A program made the position numbers and the translations under genes. From the NCBI GenBank assembly GCA_035221665.1, contig CM069163.1, positions 20,026,001-20,090,000 of the forward strand: a DNA stretch of 64,000 nucleotides, given 5' to 3'. Under the pieces are notes generated by a model. That model ran no database searches. It had not been told where the DNA came from and saw nothing but the letters and a program-made list of their open reading frames with translations. The DNA comes from Okamejei kenojei. Taxonomy: Eukaryota. Positions within the stretch are counted from its first letter, which is position 1; each line of letters opens with the position of its first letter. This document shows, piece after piece, positions 61,801 through 64,000 of the stretch.

Positions 61801-63222
61801 GTTTTAGTAATGCAAGGAAAAATGAACAATTAATCTTCAACAAAAGATGGGGGGGCGAGGAAATATCAACAATTTTAGAAGATGCTTGCTTGCTGAGAAT
61901 CTTTGATAACATACCAAGTACAATAAAGTGCATCAGAACAGTGTAAGCCAAAATATTCAAGTTGAAAGGGTCAAGGAGCCAAAACCTTCAAATGGCACTT
62001 CTGCATTCTTGAGTTAGGGGAATGGTCAGTTTCATTAGAAAAACAAAAATACTTTCCACGAAGTGCATTTTGCCAACAGTCATATTAATGGCATGGTTTG
62101 TGCCAAAGTTGCTTAAACAAAAAGAGGAACTATTGGGAAAATTCGCGCATCAGCGAACAAATATGTGTTTATACATAAATACTGTCAAGTCAATTAAATA
62201 CTATGGGTGCTCTTTACAATTAACAAAACAATCAGCAAAATATGATGGGATTCTTTCTTGGGAGGAAGAGTAAATCAAATGTCTAAGGCACATGTTTCTG
62301 CATGTATACAATCTAAGTAACATTTTATGACAATCTATGTCTTAAGCATGATCAATGTTCGATCTCGTCACATCATGCAAACCCCCTGCACAACTTAAAC
62401 TTTTATGCTTATTTTAAGGTTTTGCTTGGACGTCTTCCCCATCACGCCTTAGTCCAGCCCAACAGCAGTACCACCCGACTTCAAGGAATGAGTGAAGGGT
62501 TAACACCCAACCTGGGATCCTGAAATCCCTGCCCGCTGACAGGGTAAAATGCTCAAAATGTTACCAGTTGGCATCAATGGAAATCTTCAAAACTCCTTCC
62601 AAGCCCAAAGTCATTCAGTCAATCATTCTTCTTATAGCATCACTTATAGCTACATATTTATATGCAAGTGTCTGAAAAAAATATAACCAGTCAGATTATG
62701 CTAAATATTGATCTTCAACTAGATAAGCTAGTGCACAATCGGTAGTAAACGCGGTCATCATGGTTTGAGAGGAGAGCAGATATTGAGACGTCGATGAGGA
62801 CATAATTTTATTTTAAATTCTACTTTTCAATCCCATCGCAGTTAGTGTGTTTTTAGAAGGTCAGTTCCATTTAAGAGTCTGTTAATGGACCAACAGTGCT
62901 AAAACGACCAGGGCTACATATACCAGCATCAATGGTAACTTTCAAGCCACCTGGCTGCTCCTTAATTGTGACATTTGATGGGGAGAGAATACAAACTGAC
63001 GTCGCCCCGGCAAGACAAGTCGAATTAGAAACATCTATTTCACTGTTAAAAAGGCGTCTTCATTCCTTCATGGCAATTTGTATACAGGTCGGATAAAAGT
63101 CATGTCTTCAGGCAACAGGTACAGGTCAGTGGCTTAATAACACTGCCAAATGTTGAGAGGGTTAGTATGCATGCAAGCCATTTCAATTACCATGATGCGT
63201 TTTCTTTTGACAGTGGAAATCT

Positions 63223-63716
63223 TCACAAGGTCCCTGCATATGTTCCATCCAGTTTCCGCATGGCCGTTTCCGATCTATTATTGGAGGAAGCTTCATCTTG
63301 ATCAAAAGTGGCGCCCGTGTTGGGCGTGTCGGGAGCCAAATTATTAGTGCCAGTAGCTTCTCTTATTACCGACTCTACCATTTCATTCTGTTCAGACGAC
63401 TGGTTGGAGCTGGGGGACTCCACATCTATGCTTGCAGGGTTTGTTCTTTCTCCGAGTACAGTCCCAGGATCACCACGCTTCTCAGCTTGACTATTTTGCT
63501 CAAATGCCAACCCAGTTCCATACAGCCCAGGGTCCAAACTGTCTCCGCCACCTGCATCTCCGATCACAGTGCGGTACACCTCCACCCCGTCAGGCAGCAT
63601 CGATTTAATCTTCGGCAGCCAGCGCTTGCGAACCCGTCGAGCATTAGTGCACATGTCAGCAGCAATCACATTCATCTCACTCTCTTTGAAATTGGGAGCA
63701 AAGTTCTGACAATATA
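63223..63716 (-). CDS. NACC2: NACC2 (BTB-BEN transcriptional repressor), last coding exon, 5'-partial
   Basis: YCQNFAPNFKESEMNVIAADMCTNARRVRKRWLPKIKSMLPDGVEVYRTV (end of BEN domain) and C-terminal GTYAGTL* match NACC2 rather than NACC1; acceptor ttctcctgttttgacag at 63717-63718 on the minus strand. Confidence 0.93.
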
Positions 63717-64000
63717 CTGTCAAAACAGGAGAAGAAAAGGTAATCAATGTTTAAAATATAACCCACTTAAAGAGTATGCCGAGCAAGGAATAAGCAGCTT
63801 CTAAATTCATAACATCAAAGCTTACACGATTCAAAAATTACAATAAAGGAAGAAATTTAACATTTTGGAAGCGTAAAATTATTTTAAATTAAAATTCCTT
63901 TATTTGAAAGCTCTGAACCCATACTACAGTACCTCGGAATAATGAGCACTTAACGGTTGATAATGAGCTCTATTGAGTCACAAGATAGTCTTCCAATACA

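Noticed and set aside
63298-63804. 168-aa plus-strand ORF
   Set aside because: Antisense shadow of the NACC2 exon; no recognisable motif.
1-64000. Recurring ~30-bp partly palindromic repeat resembling a CRISPR repeat
   Set aside because: Dispersed in both orientations without regular spacers in vertebrate DNA; explained by Penelope termini.

Overview
Eukaryotic, repeat-rich vertebrate genomic DNA; the repeat set (HE1/V-type tRNA SINEs, Deu-domain SINEs, CR1/L2, Rex/Babar, Penelope) points to a cartilaginous fish, probably a skate or ray (inference). Most ORF-track entries are spurious or transposon debris. Two convergent genes are supported. (1) + strand: 14 coding exons (homologous to human exons 2-15, 2410..45786) of an intact but divergent XPR1/SLC53A1-like SPX-EXS phosphate exporter; exon 1 is not identifiable in the window. 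The splice phases join into one open frame of 1986 nt including the stop, and one intron is GC-AG. (2) - strand: the last coding exon of NACC2 (63223..63716) with a probable ~7.3 kb 3' UTR. The main points of interest are: the XPR1-like gene sits beside NACC2, suggesting a second whole-genome-duplication paralog absent from human; it has substitutions at gating and pore residues (human E622, C440, R448, E411, Q576); many short Penelope-end insertions carry a minimal hammerhead-ribozyme core; and there is a family of Harbinger-type hairpin MITEs, a solo LTR, a perfect 35-bp inverted repeat and enhancer-like non-coding blocks in intron 2. There is one 228-N assembly gap. Human residue numbers and synteny are recalled from knowledge, not computed.
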